Source: Candidatus Kapaibacterium sp. | Lineage (GTDB): Bacteria > Bacteroidota > Ignavibacteria > Kapaibacteriales > UBA2268 | Direction: 5' to 3' | Length of the DNA stretch: 64,000 nucleotides | Assembly: GCA_937995785.1 (NCBI GenBank) | Contig: CALKJQ010000035.1 | Location: forward strand, 133-64,132 | In this document: piece by piece, positions 40,611-50,565 of the stretch | How positions within the stretch are numbered: position 1 is the first letter of the stretch | How the letters are laid out: the number at the start of each line of letters is the position of its first letter | Made by a program: the position numbers and the translations under genes | The notes under the pieces: model-generated | What the model was told of the DNA's origin: nothing | The model's database searches: none | Seen by the model: the letters and a program-made list of their open reading frames with translations, nothing else

Positions 40611-42650
40611 ATGGCAGCTTCTTTCACCGACCCCGAAATGATGGAAATCTTCGAAGGGTTCTTAATCGAGACGCAAGAATTGCTCGATACACTAACGAGC
40701 GATTTGATGGAGATTGAGCAAAATCCCGATGATGATGAGTTAATCAATAAAATATTTAGGAGCTTCCATACAATCAAAGGCACATCATCATTTATGGGTG
40801 TTGATAAGATATCTGGCATTACCCACAATGCCGAAGATATTCTTAACAAGGTTCGCCGCCACGAAATGAGCATAAACCAAGATATTATAGATGTGATGCT
40901 CGAAGTTCAGGATTGGATAATGGTTATGCTCGATCAGCTTAAAGCCGGCGAGGATATTGATGTGGACTATTCCCAAACATTAGAAAAGTTAAATTTACTT
41001 AAATCAGGTGCTTCACTCAGCGGCGAAATTTCAGATACAACAAAAACTGAACCAGCCAAATCAGATAAAACTGCTTCGATCGAATCTAATGTAAGTGCGT
41101 TGGATATGGTATTAACAAATACCGAAATCACCTCTCATCCTGGCGATTTTACACCCGATGAATACGAATTACTCGATAAAGCCTTTGCCGAAATGAATCA
41201 AAAATTTGCAATGGAGGTGAAGTCGCAAGAAAACGCTCAATTTGAAGTCGATCCAATTACCGAAGTGAAGGACCAAACTGAAATTCAGCAAGCCGACGAT
41301 AAAAATGTAGAAGAACATCCCGATGAACATCATTCTGAAACAGAAGAACCCAAAAGACCAACAACAGAAATAACTGAAGATAGAGCCAAGCACCAACCCG
41401 AAAAATCTAAAGACAAAACCCCCAGTCAAGCTCTAACAACCGAAACAATCAGAATAGATGTTGGCAGAGTTGAATCATTAATGGATCTCAGTGGCGAATT
41501 AGTGCTAAGCCGCAATAGATTAATGCAAATTGGAGAAAATATCGATAGTCGAGTTGCCGACAAGGAATTAATCCGAGAGTTGGTTGATTCCACTGCTCAA
41601 TTAGATTTTATCACCTCCGAAATCCAAAATGCAGTTATGAAAATGCGAATGGTACCAATTGGCAAACTGTTCCAAAAAGCACCTCGCATTGTTCGAGATT
41701 TATCCAAAGAATTTGGAAAAAAAATTAAATTGGTGCTCAGAGGTGAAGAAACCGAAATTGATAGAGGTATAATCGAAGAACTCAACGATCCATTAGTTCA
41801 TATGATCCGTAATTCTTGCGACCACGGCGTGGAAACTCCACAAGATAGATTGCGAAAAGGAAAGCCCGAAGAAGGAACCCTGATTTTGGATGCTTCGCAG
41901 GAAGGTAACAACATTGTGATTAAAATTATAGATGACGGCGCCGGAATGGATCCACAAAAATTAATTAATAAAGCAATCGAAAAAGGTGTGTTAAAACCCG
42001 AAGAAGCCGCCAATTTTTCCAAAAGAGAGGCTTTCCAATTAATTTTCGCACCTGGGTTCAGCACTGCGAAAGTAGTTACCTCTGTCTCGGGGCGTGGCGT
42101 GGGTATGGATGTGGTAAGAACCAACATACAAGCACTAAAAGGCATGGTTGATATCGAATCCGAAATTGACGTAGGAACGACTTTTATTATCAAGTTGCCT
42201 CTCACTCTTGCTATCATACAAGGTTTGCTCGTAAGAATTCAAAATGAAACTTATGCTATCCCATTGAGTTCAGTACTCGAAGTTGTTTCCACAAGTAATT
42301 GCGAAATATCAACAGTGAATAAAAAGGAAGTAATTCGTATCCGAAAAGATGTTTTTCCATTGATTAGATTAGATTATGCTTTAAAGCATCCTACACCCGT
42401 TAGTTCATTAGAAGGGCGGAATGTGGTTATTGTTGGCGTTGGTGTAGAAAAATATGGCTTGGTTTGCGACGAATTATTAGGACAGCAAGAAATTGTGATA
42501 AAGTCGCTTGGAGAATATTTAGGAAATATCAAAGGAATTGCCGGCTCGACAATTATGGGCGATGGACGAGTGATAATGATTATCGATATTGGCGATTTAA
42601 TCAGCGAATTATCAGATAGTCGTCATAAATTTATGATGATGTCATCTTGA
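40611..42650 (+). CDS. cheA: Chemotaxis histidine kinase CheA
   Basis: HPt domain (HTIKGTSSFMG). HATPase_c (DDGAGMD, GRGVGMDVV). C-terminal CheW-like P5 domain. Confidence 0.9.
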   Translation: MAASFTDPEMMEIFEGFLIETQELLDTLTSDLMEIEQNPDDDELINKIFRSFHTIKGTSSFMGVDKISGITHNAEDILNKVRRHEMSINQDIIDVMLEVQDWIMVMLDQLKAGEDIDVDYSQTLEKLNLLKSGASLSGEISDTTKTEPAKSDKTASIESNVSALDMVLTNTEITSHPGDFTPDEYELLDKAFAEMNQKFAMEVKSQENAQFEVDPITEVKDQTEIQQADDKNVEEHPDEHHSETEEPKRPTTEITEDRAKHQPEKSKDKTPSQALTTETIRIDVGRVESLMDLSGELVLSRNRLMQIGENIDSRVADKELIRELVDSTAQLDFITSEIQNAVMKMRMVPIGKLFQKAPRIVRDLSKEFGKKIKLVLRGEETEIDRGIIEELNDPLVHMIRNSCDHGVETPQDRLRKGKPEEGTLILDASQEGNNIVIKIIDDGAGMDPQKLINKAIEKGVLKPEEAANFSKREAFQLIFAPGFSTAKVVTSVSGRGVGMDVVRTNIQALKGMVDIESEIDVGTTFIIKLPLTLAIIQGLLVRIQNETYAIPLSSVLEVVSTSNCEISTVNKKEVIRIRKDVFPLIRLDYALKHPTPVSSLEGRNVVIVGVGVEKYGLVCDELLGQQEIVIKSLGEYLGNIKGIAGSTIMGDGRVIMIIDIGDLISELSDSRHKFMMMSS

Positions 42651-42660
42651 ATTAATTTAA

Positions 42661-43719
42661 TCAGCGAATTCCTTGAAGGTCATATTCGGCTAAAGTTATT
42701 TTTTCTGTATTATCGATTTCTGTTATTCTGTTGTTATAGGAATTTAACCTTTTAGTTATAATTTCGGCAATACGAACAGCTTTAACAGCTTCGTATGCAG
42801 TAACCGCAATTGGCTTGTTGTGCGTTATAGATTCAACAAATGAATTTTGTTCCTCTTGAATTGCGTTCCAAGCTCTAATTTTGGGTTGTTCATAAGTTAT
42901 ATACCTATCTGTGGGTATGTCCATTATTGAACCTAAATTGAGAGCAACATCTTTGTGGGATGCATTGGGTTTGCCGTCGATAATTTTAAATAAATCTACT
43001 TTTTGATTACCAAAATCAATCGAAATATAGGCATCTCTCTGGAAGATTCTAAATTTGCGAATATTATTTGCCGAAATTCTCGAGGCTGTTATATTTGCAA
43101 TTGTTCCATTAGCAAACTCGATTCGAGCGTTGGCGATATCAGGCGTATTGGTTAATATAGCAACTCCATTGGCACTTATTTTTTTGATTTTCGATTTTAC
43201 CATCCACATAATTAAATCAATATCGTGTATCATTAAATCGAAAACAACGCTAACATCAATTGCGCGAGGTTTGAATTGACTTAGCCGGTGAACCTCAATG
43301 AATAATGGTTTTAAATTCATATCCGATACTGCATTAAGGGCAGGATTGAATCGTTCCACATGACCAACTTGGATTATTGCATTATTTTTTTCAGCAATTT
43401 TAATGAGTGTGTTTCCTTGTTTAAAAGTTTGTGTTATAGGTTTTTCGATTAAGCAATGAATACCATTGGAAAGCATTTTTTTTGCAAGTCCATAGTGATG
43501 TTTTGTGTCGGCAGCAATTGTAACTGCATCAATGTATTTCATCATTTCTATTAAGGTCCGAAAAGGTTTACATCCAAATTCGGCGGCAACAGATCGAGCA
43601 AGAGGCCGGTTTATGTCGAGCACACCTACTAAATTTACATTTTTGTTTTGCGACCACAACTTTGTATGTATTTTACCTAAATGTCCAACACCAATTACAG
43701 CTACGTTGAGTTTTTTCAT
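42661..43719 (-). CDS. Gfo/Idh/MocA family NAD(P)-dependent oxidoreductase
   Basis: N-terminal Rossmann fold (KLNVAVIGVGHLGKIH). EKP motif. Confidence 0.8.
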   Translation of the reverse strand: MKKLNVAVIGVGHLGKIHTKLWSQNKNVNLVGVLDINRPLARSVAAEFGCKPFRTLIEMMKYIDAVTIAADTKHHYGLAKKMLSNGIHCLIEKPITQTFKQGNTLIKIAEKNNAIIQVGHVERFNPALNAVSDMNLKPLFIEVHRLSQFKPRAIDVSVVFDLMIHDIDLIMWMVKSKIKKISANGVAILTNTPDIANARIEFANGTIANITASRISANNIRKFRIFQRDAYISIDFGNQKVDLFKIIDGKPNASHKDVALNLGSIMDIPTDRYITYEQPKIRAWNAIQEEQNSFVESITHNKPIAVTAYEAVKAVRIAEIITKRLNSYNNRITEIDNTEKITLAEYDLQGIR

Positions 43720-43756
43720 CTTAAATTACTATTAAAAAATGCAAATTAATAATTTT

Positions 43757-44653
43757 TTAGGACTTAGGGTGTGCTCCCTTGTAAATTTCTTTTAGCTTTT
43801 CGATAGAAAAATGGGTATAAATTTGTGTAGAACTCAATGAAGAGTGCCCAAGCATTTCGCCAACCGAGCGGATGTCGGCACCATTATTAATAAGGTGGGT
43901 TGCAAAGGTGTGGCGCAATGTATGCGGCGATTTTTGTTTAGTATCAGTAATTCCCTTCATTGCTGTATTTATTATGCTGTAGGCTTGATTATAACTTAAT
44001 TGTTTGCCATTTTCGTCGGAAAAGATATAATCTTTTTTTGATAAATTGAATTTAGAAATTGCAAGATTAATAAAACGACGTGCATTGTTTCCGAATGGGA
44101 CAATACGCGGTTTGTTGCCCTTACCAACAACACTTATTGTGTTCTGGTTTAAATCGATATCCGAAATTTTGATATTCAAGGCTTCGCCTATTCTTAGTCC
44201 GGTACTATAAATTACTTGGATTAACAACTTTTTTAATAATTGTCCATTTATGTTTTCGTCGAATTGATTTAACAATAAATCTACTTCCTTTTCGGTGAGA
44301 AAGTTTGGCAAAGTTTTTTTTCGCTTTGGCGTCGATAAATTAATAGAGGGATTAACCGAAATATATTCGTTTACATATAGGAATTTGAAAAAAGATCTCA
44401 CAGCCGAGGATTTTAGTCTAATTGAATTACGGTCGTAACCTTTGTCTTGTAACCATCCGAGGAATGGGCGGAGGTCGTCCAATTCGATTTCGGATATATT
44501 TGGATTAGTTTGGTATTCCTCGTCGAAAAATAGAATCAAATTATCTAACGCATATTGATAGGTTTGAAATGTTTTTTGAGAATAATTTCTTTGGTTTATT
44601 ATATAGTTCAAAAATATTTTTTTTGCTTCACTCAAATTCATTGCTATCCCCAT
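43757..44653 (-). CDS. xerD: Tyrosine site-specific recombinase XerC/XerD
   Basis: 298 aa. Catalytic R..HxxR..Y region (HTLRHTFATHLINNGADIRSVGEMLGHSSLSSTQIYTH). Confidence 0.8.
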   Translation of the reverse strand: MGIAMNLSEAKKIFLNYIINQRNYSQKTFQTYQYALDNLILFFDEEYQTNPNISEIELDDLRPFLGWLQDKGYDRNSIRLKSSAVRSFFKFLYVNEYISVNPSINLSTPKRKKTLPNFLTEKEVDLLLNQFDENINGQLLKKLLIQVIYSTGLRIGEALNIKISDIDLNQNTISVVGKGNKPRIVPFGNNARRFINLAISKFNLSKKDYIFSDENGKQLSYNQAYSIINTAMKGITDTKQKSPHTLRHTFATHLINNGADIRSVGEMLGHSSLSSTQIYTHFSIEKLKEIYKGAHPKS

Positions 44654-44732
44654 TTATAAAATTAACAACAAAAACCGTTCCATATATTGTTTGATTCAAA
44701 ATACATAAAAATTACACATTAATCGTCTTTTC

Positions 44733-46925
44733 GTGAAATATATATTATTTTCAATGGAATTCACTTTTTTCTCTATAGATGGTAACATTTGGATTTTTGT
44801 AGGCGTTTCGATTCTGCTCGTGCTATTTACGATTTATAGTTACCTATATACTATACCCGAAATATCAAAAAATAAGAAAACAATATTAATAATTCTAAGA
44901 TCTTTTTCGCTTTTATTAACATTATTTCTGATTTTTAATCCAAAACTAATCTATTCATCCTACAAAGAAATCCAACCTAAGTTGGCTTTGCTACTCGACA
45001 ACTCAATGAGTATGAAAATGAAGGACCGAAGCTACGACCGCGAAACTGTTTATTCAAAAATTCTACGAAATTTCGACTATAAACTATTCGATGGAAATAT
45101 AGATATTTACGCATTTGATGATGATATAAAACAAATTTCTAATTTTAATTTTGATAGTTTGGCTCTCAATGGTAAAACAACAAATATCTCCAAAGCCATT
45201 CAATATATTAGCAAATTGGCTGACGAAAAAAATTACCAAGCCTTAGCAATTGCTTCGGATGGTGCTTTTAATTCTGGTTCAAATCCTATTTATTTGGTTG
45301 ATAATTTCCCAAAGCCAATTTTTGCTGTTGGAATAGGCGACACATTACCACCCAAGGACATTTTAATCAAATCCATAATTTCGAGCGAAGTTACTTTTGT
45401 TAACAACAAAGTGGATGTATCCGCACAGATTTCAATCACTGGCTATCCTAATCGCATTTTGCCAATTATGCTCTACGAAAACGATAGATTAATTGATACA
45501 AAGGAAATTAAAACTATAGATAAAACTACCAATTACAATTTCACCTTTACTTATCAACCTCAAACCGAAGGCATCCACAAAATAACTATTTCAATTCCTC
45601 GTGCCGAAGAAGAATATTCAATCGAAAATAACTCTAATAGCACATTCATCAAGGTGATTAAGAATAAAAAAATCATCTCGATTTTTTCGAGTGCACCCAA
45701 TTCTGATGTTTCGTTTTTGAATCAATACCTCACACAAGACAAAGAAATCAAAGTAAATCAATATATTCAAAAATTTCAAAGTACTTTTTATATAACCCCA
45801 ACAGACAAAGATATACAAGAAACCCAATTATTTATTTTAATTGATTTTCCGTCGGCAACCACTCCAGAAAATGTTATTAATCAAATAGTACGTCAATTGG
45901 AGCAGGGCAAACCTCTTTTATTTGTCTGGGGTAATAAATTGGACCGAAAAAAACTTCAAATACTAAAAGATTATTTACCAATTGAAATATCCTCATTTTC
46001 CAATCGAGAATTTTTAGCTGGGGTTGCCGTTAATGAAAATATTAACGACAATCCACTTATGAGAATTGATGGGGTTGCCGATGCACCAAAGCAATGGCAA
46101 TCTCTTCCCCCTATATTCAAAACCGAAACATTCACAACGCCCAAAATAAACAGCAAAATCCTTGCTTTTTCCACAGTTGATAATGTAAAAATGCAAGAAC
46201 CAATTATTGCTATAAGCGATTTTGGATCGCGACGATCAGTAGTTGTACTTGGTTATGGTTTGTATCGTTGGAAATTACTTGGAACAGCCAAAGAAATTTC
46301 TCGCGGTAATTTGGAACAAATTGATTTATTTTCCGTATTTATAGGAAACACGATTCGCTGGTTGTCGATTTCGAATGTGGATCAGCAAGTTATTGTAAAA
46401 ACTTTGAAAAAACAGTTCTCATCCACCGAACCAGTCGAATTTGTTGGAAATGTCTGGGATAATTCGCTCAACCCAATTGATAATGCAACAGTTCAAATTG
46501 AACTAAAAGGAAACAATTACAAGAAAATTATCGATATGGTAGCAACAGGAAATGGAAATTATTATGCAAAAATGGCATCGTTGCCCAAGGGCGACTATGC
46601 GTTCGATGCTAAAGCCATACTAAGCAATTCGGTACTTGGAAATTCCGAGGGGAGATTTTCAGTAGGAGCGATTAACTTCGAACTTTTGGATCTAACGATG
46701 AATAAGAGTCTTTTGCAACATTTAGCAAAGTATTCAAATGGAATGTTCTTCGAAAACAATGCTGATGGATTAGAAAATCAAATATTAAATTTAAAAAACT
46801 TCGAGAAAATAAACAAATTAGTCCAAAACGAATTTGAATTTATCAATCGTTGGTGGGCACTAATTTTATTAGTAATTACATTCTCTTTGGAATGGTTCAT
46901 TCGTAAAAAATTATCTTTGATTTAA
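44733..46925 (+). CDS. von Willebrand factor A domain membrane protein (N-terminal double TM, C-terminal TM anchor)
   Basis: MIDAS motif DxSxS (LLDNSMSMKMKD) after two N-terminal TM helices. C-terminal TM (WWALILLVITFSLEWF). 730 aa. Confidence 0.55.
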   Translation: MKYILFSMEFTFFSIDGNIWIFVGVSILLVLFTIYSYLYTIPEISKNKKTILIILRSFSLLLTLFLIFNPKLIYSSYKEIQPKLALLLDNSMSMKMKDRSYDRETVYSKILRNFDYKLFDGNIDIYAFDDDIKQISNFNFDSLALNGKTTNISKAIQYISKLADEKNYQALAIASDGAFNSGSNPIYLVDNFPKPIFAVGIGDTLPPKDILIKSIISSEVTFVNNKVDVSAQISITGYPNRILPIMLYENDRLIDTKEIKTIDKTTNYNFTFTYQPQTEGIHKITISIPRAEEEYSIENNSNSTFIKVIKNKKIISIFSSAPNSDVSFLNQYLTQDKEIKVNQYIQKFQSTFYITPTDKDIQETQLFILIDFPSATTPENVINQIVRQLEQGKPLLFVWGNKLDRKKLQILKDYLPIEISSFSNREFLAGVAVNENINDNPLMRIDGVADAPKQWQSLPPIFKTETFTTPKINSKILAFSTVDNVKMQEPIIAISDFGSRRSVVVLGYGLYRWKLLGTAKEISRGNLEQIDLFSVFIGNTIRWLSISNVDQQVIVKTLKKQFSSTEPVEFVGNVWDNSLNPIDNATVQIELKGNNYKKIIDMVATGNGNYYAKMASLPKGDYAFDAKAILSNSVLGNSEGRFSVGAINFELLDLTMNKSLLQHLAKYSNGMFFENNADGLENQILNLKNFEKINKLVQNEFEFINRWWALILLVITFSLEWFIRKKLSLI

Positions 46926-46952
46926 CTTTTTAACCAAAAAAATAAAAACACT

Positions 46953-49223
46953 ATGAAAAGAATTTTTAGTTTATTAATTCTGGTTTATATATTTGTCTCA
47001 ACTTTCCAGCTGAAGGCAGAATTTGCAACCGGAAATTCGATTAGCGGCTTTGTGAAAGACAAAGAAACGGGCGAAACTTTGGTTGGTGCCTCCGTTTTCC
47101 TTAAGAAGACATCCTATGGCAATCGCACCAACAAAAGCGGTTTCTTTTCGATAACCAACATACCCCAAGGAGAATTCACTCTGGTTGTTTCATATCTTGG
47201 TTACCAAATTTATGAAAAACCCGTGAAATTCAAATTAAATGAAACAATTAAATTAAATATAGATTTAAATCCTATAAAAATCAAAAGTGAACAGATTGTG
47301 GTAACAGCCGAAAGGGAAGTGGAAAAAAGAAATATTTCAATTTCTAAAGTCGACGTTCCAGTTCAGCAATTAAAAGAAATTCGCATAGGTGGCGAGGCCG
47401 ATTTATTCCGTGCATTGCAATACTTGCCGGGCATATTGACGATTTCGCAGATTTCCAGCGGATTGTATGTTCGCGGAGGTTCGCCCGACCAAAATTTGAT
47501 ATTATTAGATGGCTCGATAGTTTATAACCCAACCCATCTTTTTGGATTTTTCTCGACATTTAATACCGATGCAATTAAAGATGTGGAACTAATAAAAGGT
47601 GGCTTTAACGCCGAATATGGAGGACGTTTGTCCTCGGTGCTCGAAATTACACAGAAAGATGGTAATGCCAATCAATTCGAAGGTAAAGGTTCAATTGGGG
47701 CTATTTCCAGTCGTCTTTCGCTCGAGGGACCTATTGGCAATGGAAGCTGGTTTATTGGAGGTCGTCGAACCTATTTGGATTTAATCAAAACATTCATCGA
47801 TGACGACCCCGAAAACCCAATTCCCGACTTCGGTTTTTACGATGTAAACGCTAAAATTACACAAAATATTTCGGAAAATGATAGATTAAGTTTGTCGGGA
47901 TTTTTAACTAACGATAATTTCAATTTTTCGGGTTCAGGAATTAATTTTGATATGGATGTGGGCAATCAGCTTGGTGCATTAAATTGGACACACATTTTTA
48001 GCAGTGATTTATTTTCGCGCACTAATTTTAGCTACACAAGATATTCCAGTGGCTTTACGGGCGAACAATCTGATTATTACACAATGTTCAAAAATTCAAT
48101 TGAAGATTATACCCTTCGTTCCGAAATAGAATGGTTCACCAACGAAAGTATAACTCACAAGTTTGGATTCCAAACAACAAACAGAAGCTTTTCGATAATT
48201 CAGAATTTTACTGGAGAGAAAGATTCTACCTCATCCGCCACAGATGCAGCAACAACCAATATTAACATTAAAGATTGGAACCATTCATTATTTGGTCAGA
48301 TTAATTATTTAATAAATGATTTAACTTCTATTCAAACTGGTATCCGAATTGATTATTGGAACTTAAAAGATCAATTAACAATTGATCCTCGATTAGCAAT
48401 TCGCTATCAATTATTTGATAATATCTCTGTTAAATTTGGATGGGGGATATATCACCAAAACCTACGATTACTAACCGACCAAAATTTCTCATTTTTCGAT
48501 ACCTGGCTACCTTCGGATTCCACCGTGCCAATTAGTAAATCGAACCACTACATCTTAACATTCGAAACCGAACCTGTTGAGGGATACGACTTTAACTTCG
48601 ACTTATATTACCGCACCTTCAATGGAATATCCGAATTAAATAGGTTCGCATTGCAAGGAACAACGGCACGTGATGTGTTTTTCGTGGGCAATGGTTATTC
48701 CTATGGCTTTGAACTATTCACTCAAAAGAAATACGGCAAACTTACGGGTTGGTTTGGATATGCCTATGGATTTGTGATTAGCCAATTTGATGAGATAAAT
48801 AATGGAAAAGAGTTCAATCCAAAATACGACCGTCGCCACGATATGAAATTGGTTGTAAACTACGAAATCAACGATAGCTGGGTGATAGGTGCCAATTTTG
48901 TATTCCAATCTGGTCAACCCTACACGGGTGCAACATCACGGGTGAGAGTAAATTTAGATGGACAAAGTTATGGTCAGAATAAAATTGTAAGCTCGGATTT
49001 GTATGGACTACGCTTGCCACCAAGTCACCAATTAAATCTCAATGCAACATATAGCTTTAAAACTTTTGGATTGCCATCTGCATTAATTATGGATATCTAC
49101 AATGTTTATAACCGAAGAGATATATGGTTCCGATTCTACAACACACGCGACGACTTAACCACAGTGGAAGACATACGATTATTACCAATTATTCCATCAA
49201 TTTCTTACGAAATTAAATTTTAG
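46953..49223 (+). CDS. TonB-dependent receptor with N-terminal carboxypeptidase-regulatory-like domain
   Basis: Signal peptide. CarbopepD_reg-like N-terminus (GFVKDKETGETLVGASVFL). Plug domain. Beta-barrel ending YEIKF. Confidence 0.8.
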   Translation: MKRIFSLLILVYIFVSTFQLKAEFATGNSISGFVKDKETGETLVGASVFLKKTSYGNRTNKSGFFSITNIPQGEFTLVVSYLGYQIYEKPVKFKLNETIKLNIDLNPIKIKSEQIVVTAEREVEKRNISISKVDVPVQQLKEIRIGGEADLFRALQYLPGILTISQISSGLYVRGGSPDQNLILLDGSIVYNPTHLFGFFSTFNTDAIKDVELIKGGFNAEYGGRLSSVLEITQKDGNANQFEGKGSIGAISSRLSLEGPIGNGSWFIGGRRTYLDLIKTFIDDDPENPIPDFGFYDVNAKITQNISENDRLSLSGFLTNDNFNFSGSGINFDMDVGNQLGALNWTHIFSSDLFSRTNFSYTRYSSGFTGEQSDYYTMFKNSIEDYTLRSEIEWFTNESITHKFGFQTTNRSFSIIQNFTGEKDSTSSATDAATTNINIKDWNHSLFGQINYLINDLTSIQTGIRIDYWNLKDQLTIDPRLAIRYQLFDNISVKFGWGIYHQNLRLLTDQNFSFFDTWLPSDSTVPISKSNHYILTFETEPVEGYDFNFDLYYRTFNGISELNRFALQGTTARDVFFVGNGYSYGFELFTQKKYGKLTGWFGYAYGFVISQFDEINNGKEFNPKYDRRHDMKLVVNYEINDSWVIGANFVFQSGQPYTGATSRVRVNLDGQSYGQNKIVSSDLYGLRLPPSHQLNLNATYSFKTFGLPSALIMDIYNVYNRRDIWFRFYNTRDDLTTVEDIRLLPIIPSISYEIKF

Positions 49224-49234
49224 GGAAAAGGACT

Positions 49235-50095
49235 ATGAAGACATTTAGAAATTCAATCATAATTTTATTGCTTAGTTTGTTCATCATTAGTTGCGAAGAT
49301 GTGGCGCCAACAGAATATACACCACAATACATTGTTCAGGGATTACTCATTGTTGGCAGTCCAATCAATGATATCGCTTTGTTCCAAACTCAATCTTTAC
49401 GCGATTCATTTATTTATGATAATAGTATATTTAAAACTGCAGATGTGAAAATTATTGGAGACAATAGAACTTTTCAATTAGTTTTCGATAATGAGTTAAA
49501 AAGATATATCTATCCCGATACAACCTATAAAGTGAAGGAATTAACTCATTATTCCTTAGAAATTAAAACACCTGACGGAAAGATACTCAAAGGTAAGACT
49601 TTTACTCCAAAATCTATTGATTGGATTAAGCGTCCCGATCCGCAAATTCAATATCCATTGGATACCATTAATTTACCATCGAATTATCGAATATCATGGA
49701 CAAAATCCGATACAATACAATTTTATTTAATCAGAATTAGACCATTGGATACACTGGAATACGGAAAATATTTAAATCCACCAACAGAAGAGAAAAATCG
49801 GCGTATTATGCGTTCGTGGATAAGACGTCCCGAGTATTATTTCCGCGAAACAACAAATTGGGCATTTTTGCCAACAACAGAAGTTCCTGTTGTGTGGAAC
49901 TCTTTTAAATGGTTCGGTTTATCAGAAGTAAGAATTTATGCCCCCGACGCAAATTATTTAAAATGGACGTTGCAAAGCTTTGCAGTAAGAGACTTCAACG
50001 AACTGTTAAACAGCATTGAAGGTGGTGCTTTTGGAACTTTTGGTTCGGCTGCAACTGCAACAGATACTACATTTGTGCTCAAAAACCAACCTTAA
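49235..50095 (+). CDS. DUF4249-like lipoprotein (TonB-receptor-associated)
   Basis: Lipobox IISC. Position immediately after the TonB receptor gene is typical for DUF4249 in Bacteroidetes. Confidence 0.5.
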   Translation: MKTFRNSIIILLLSLFIISCEDVAPTEYTPQYIVQGLLIVGSPINDIALFQTQSLRDSFIYDNSIFKTADVKIIGDNRTFQLVFDNELKRYIYPDTTYKVKELTHYSLEIKTPDGKILKGKTFTPKSIDWIKRPDPQIQYPLDTINLPSNYRISWTKSDTIQFYLIRIRPLDTLEYGKYLNPPTEEKNRRIMRSWIRRPEYYFRETTNWAFLPTTEVPVVWNSFKWFGLSEVRIYAPDANYLKWTLQSFAVRDFNELLNSIEGGAFGTFGSAATATDTTFVLKNQP

Positions 50096-50565
50096 TCCAT
50101 TTTATGAATTACGTATTTAACAACCCCGAGGATAGCAAAATGCTCTTCGGGGTAAATTTTTATTGGTAAAAATTGCTTATTTTCGGCAACTAAATAGATT
50201 TCGCCTTCCATAATCTTGAATGTTTTAACCAATGTGTCTCCGTTTAGCGAAGCTATTATTATATCACCATCTTGCGGTATAGTATTCGAATTAACAATTA
50301 AAGTATCACCATCGTTTATCCCAATATCTTTCATACTTTCGCCATTAACGCGAACAAGGAAATAATCGCGTGGACTTCCCTTCAGAAGGCTATAAAGACT
50401 GAATTTGGATGCCGCTAATTCTTGAATACTCGACCTCAGATCAATATTTGCGTGAACAATGGGGGCTTCGAAACTATATTTTTGTTTAATTTTACCTCGA
50501 CTTGTAGCTTTCATTTCTTGTAGGTTTTTTGCATTTCGTTCGCAATTATTGTGCCGAATTATCAA
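50092..50565 (-). CDS. S24 (LexA/UmuD-like) peptidase, catalytic Ser/Lys dyad intact, no obvious Ala-Gly cleavage site
   Basis: VNGESMKDIGINDGDTLIV (Ser in GESM) and LNGDTLVKTF (Lys) align with UmuD GDSM...TVKKL. The first codon is TTG at 50565; an alternative start is the ATG at 50514. TTGA overlap with the upstream S24 gene. Confidence 0.65.
   Translation of the reverse strand: MIIRHNNCERNAKNLQEMKATSRGKIKQKYSFEAPIVHANIDLRSSIQELAASKFSLYSLLKGSPRDYFLVRVNGESMKDIGINDGDTLIVNSNTIPQDGDIIIASLNGDTLVKTFKIMEGEIYLVAENKQFLPIKIYPEEHFAILGVVKYVIHKMD

Noticed and set aside
40211-40873. 220-aa Ser-rich minus-strand ORF
   Set aside because: Antisense to the well-supported cheZ-like and cheA genes. The Ser/Ile-rich translation is typical of the reverse frame of an acidic, Glu/Asp-rich coding region.
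43757-44653. Tyrosine recombinase as a marker of an integrated mobile element
   Set aside because: Length (298 aa) and N-terminal sequence fit chromosomal XerC/XerD. No flanking direct repeats, no cargo-like or phage genes, and the neighbours are housekeeping/metabolic. Kept as xerD.
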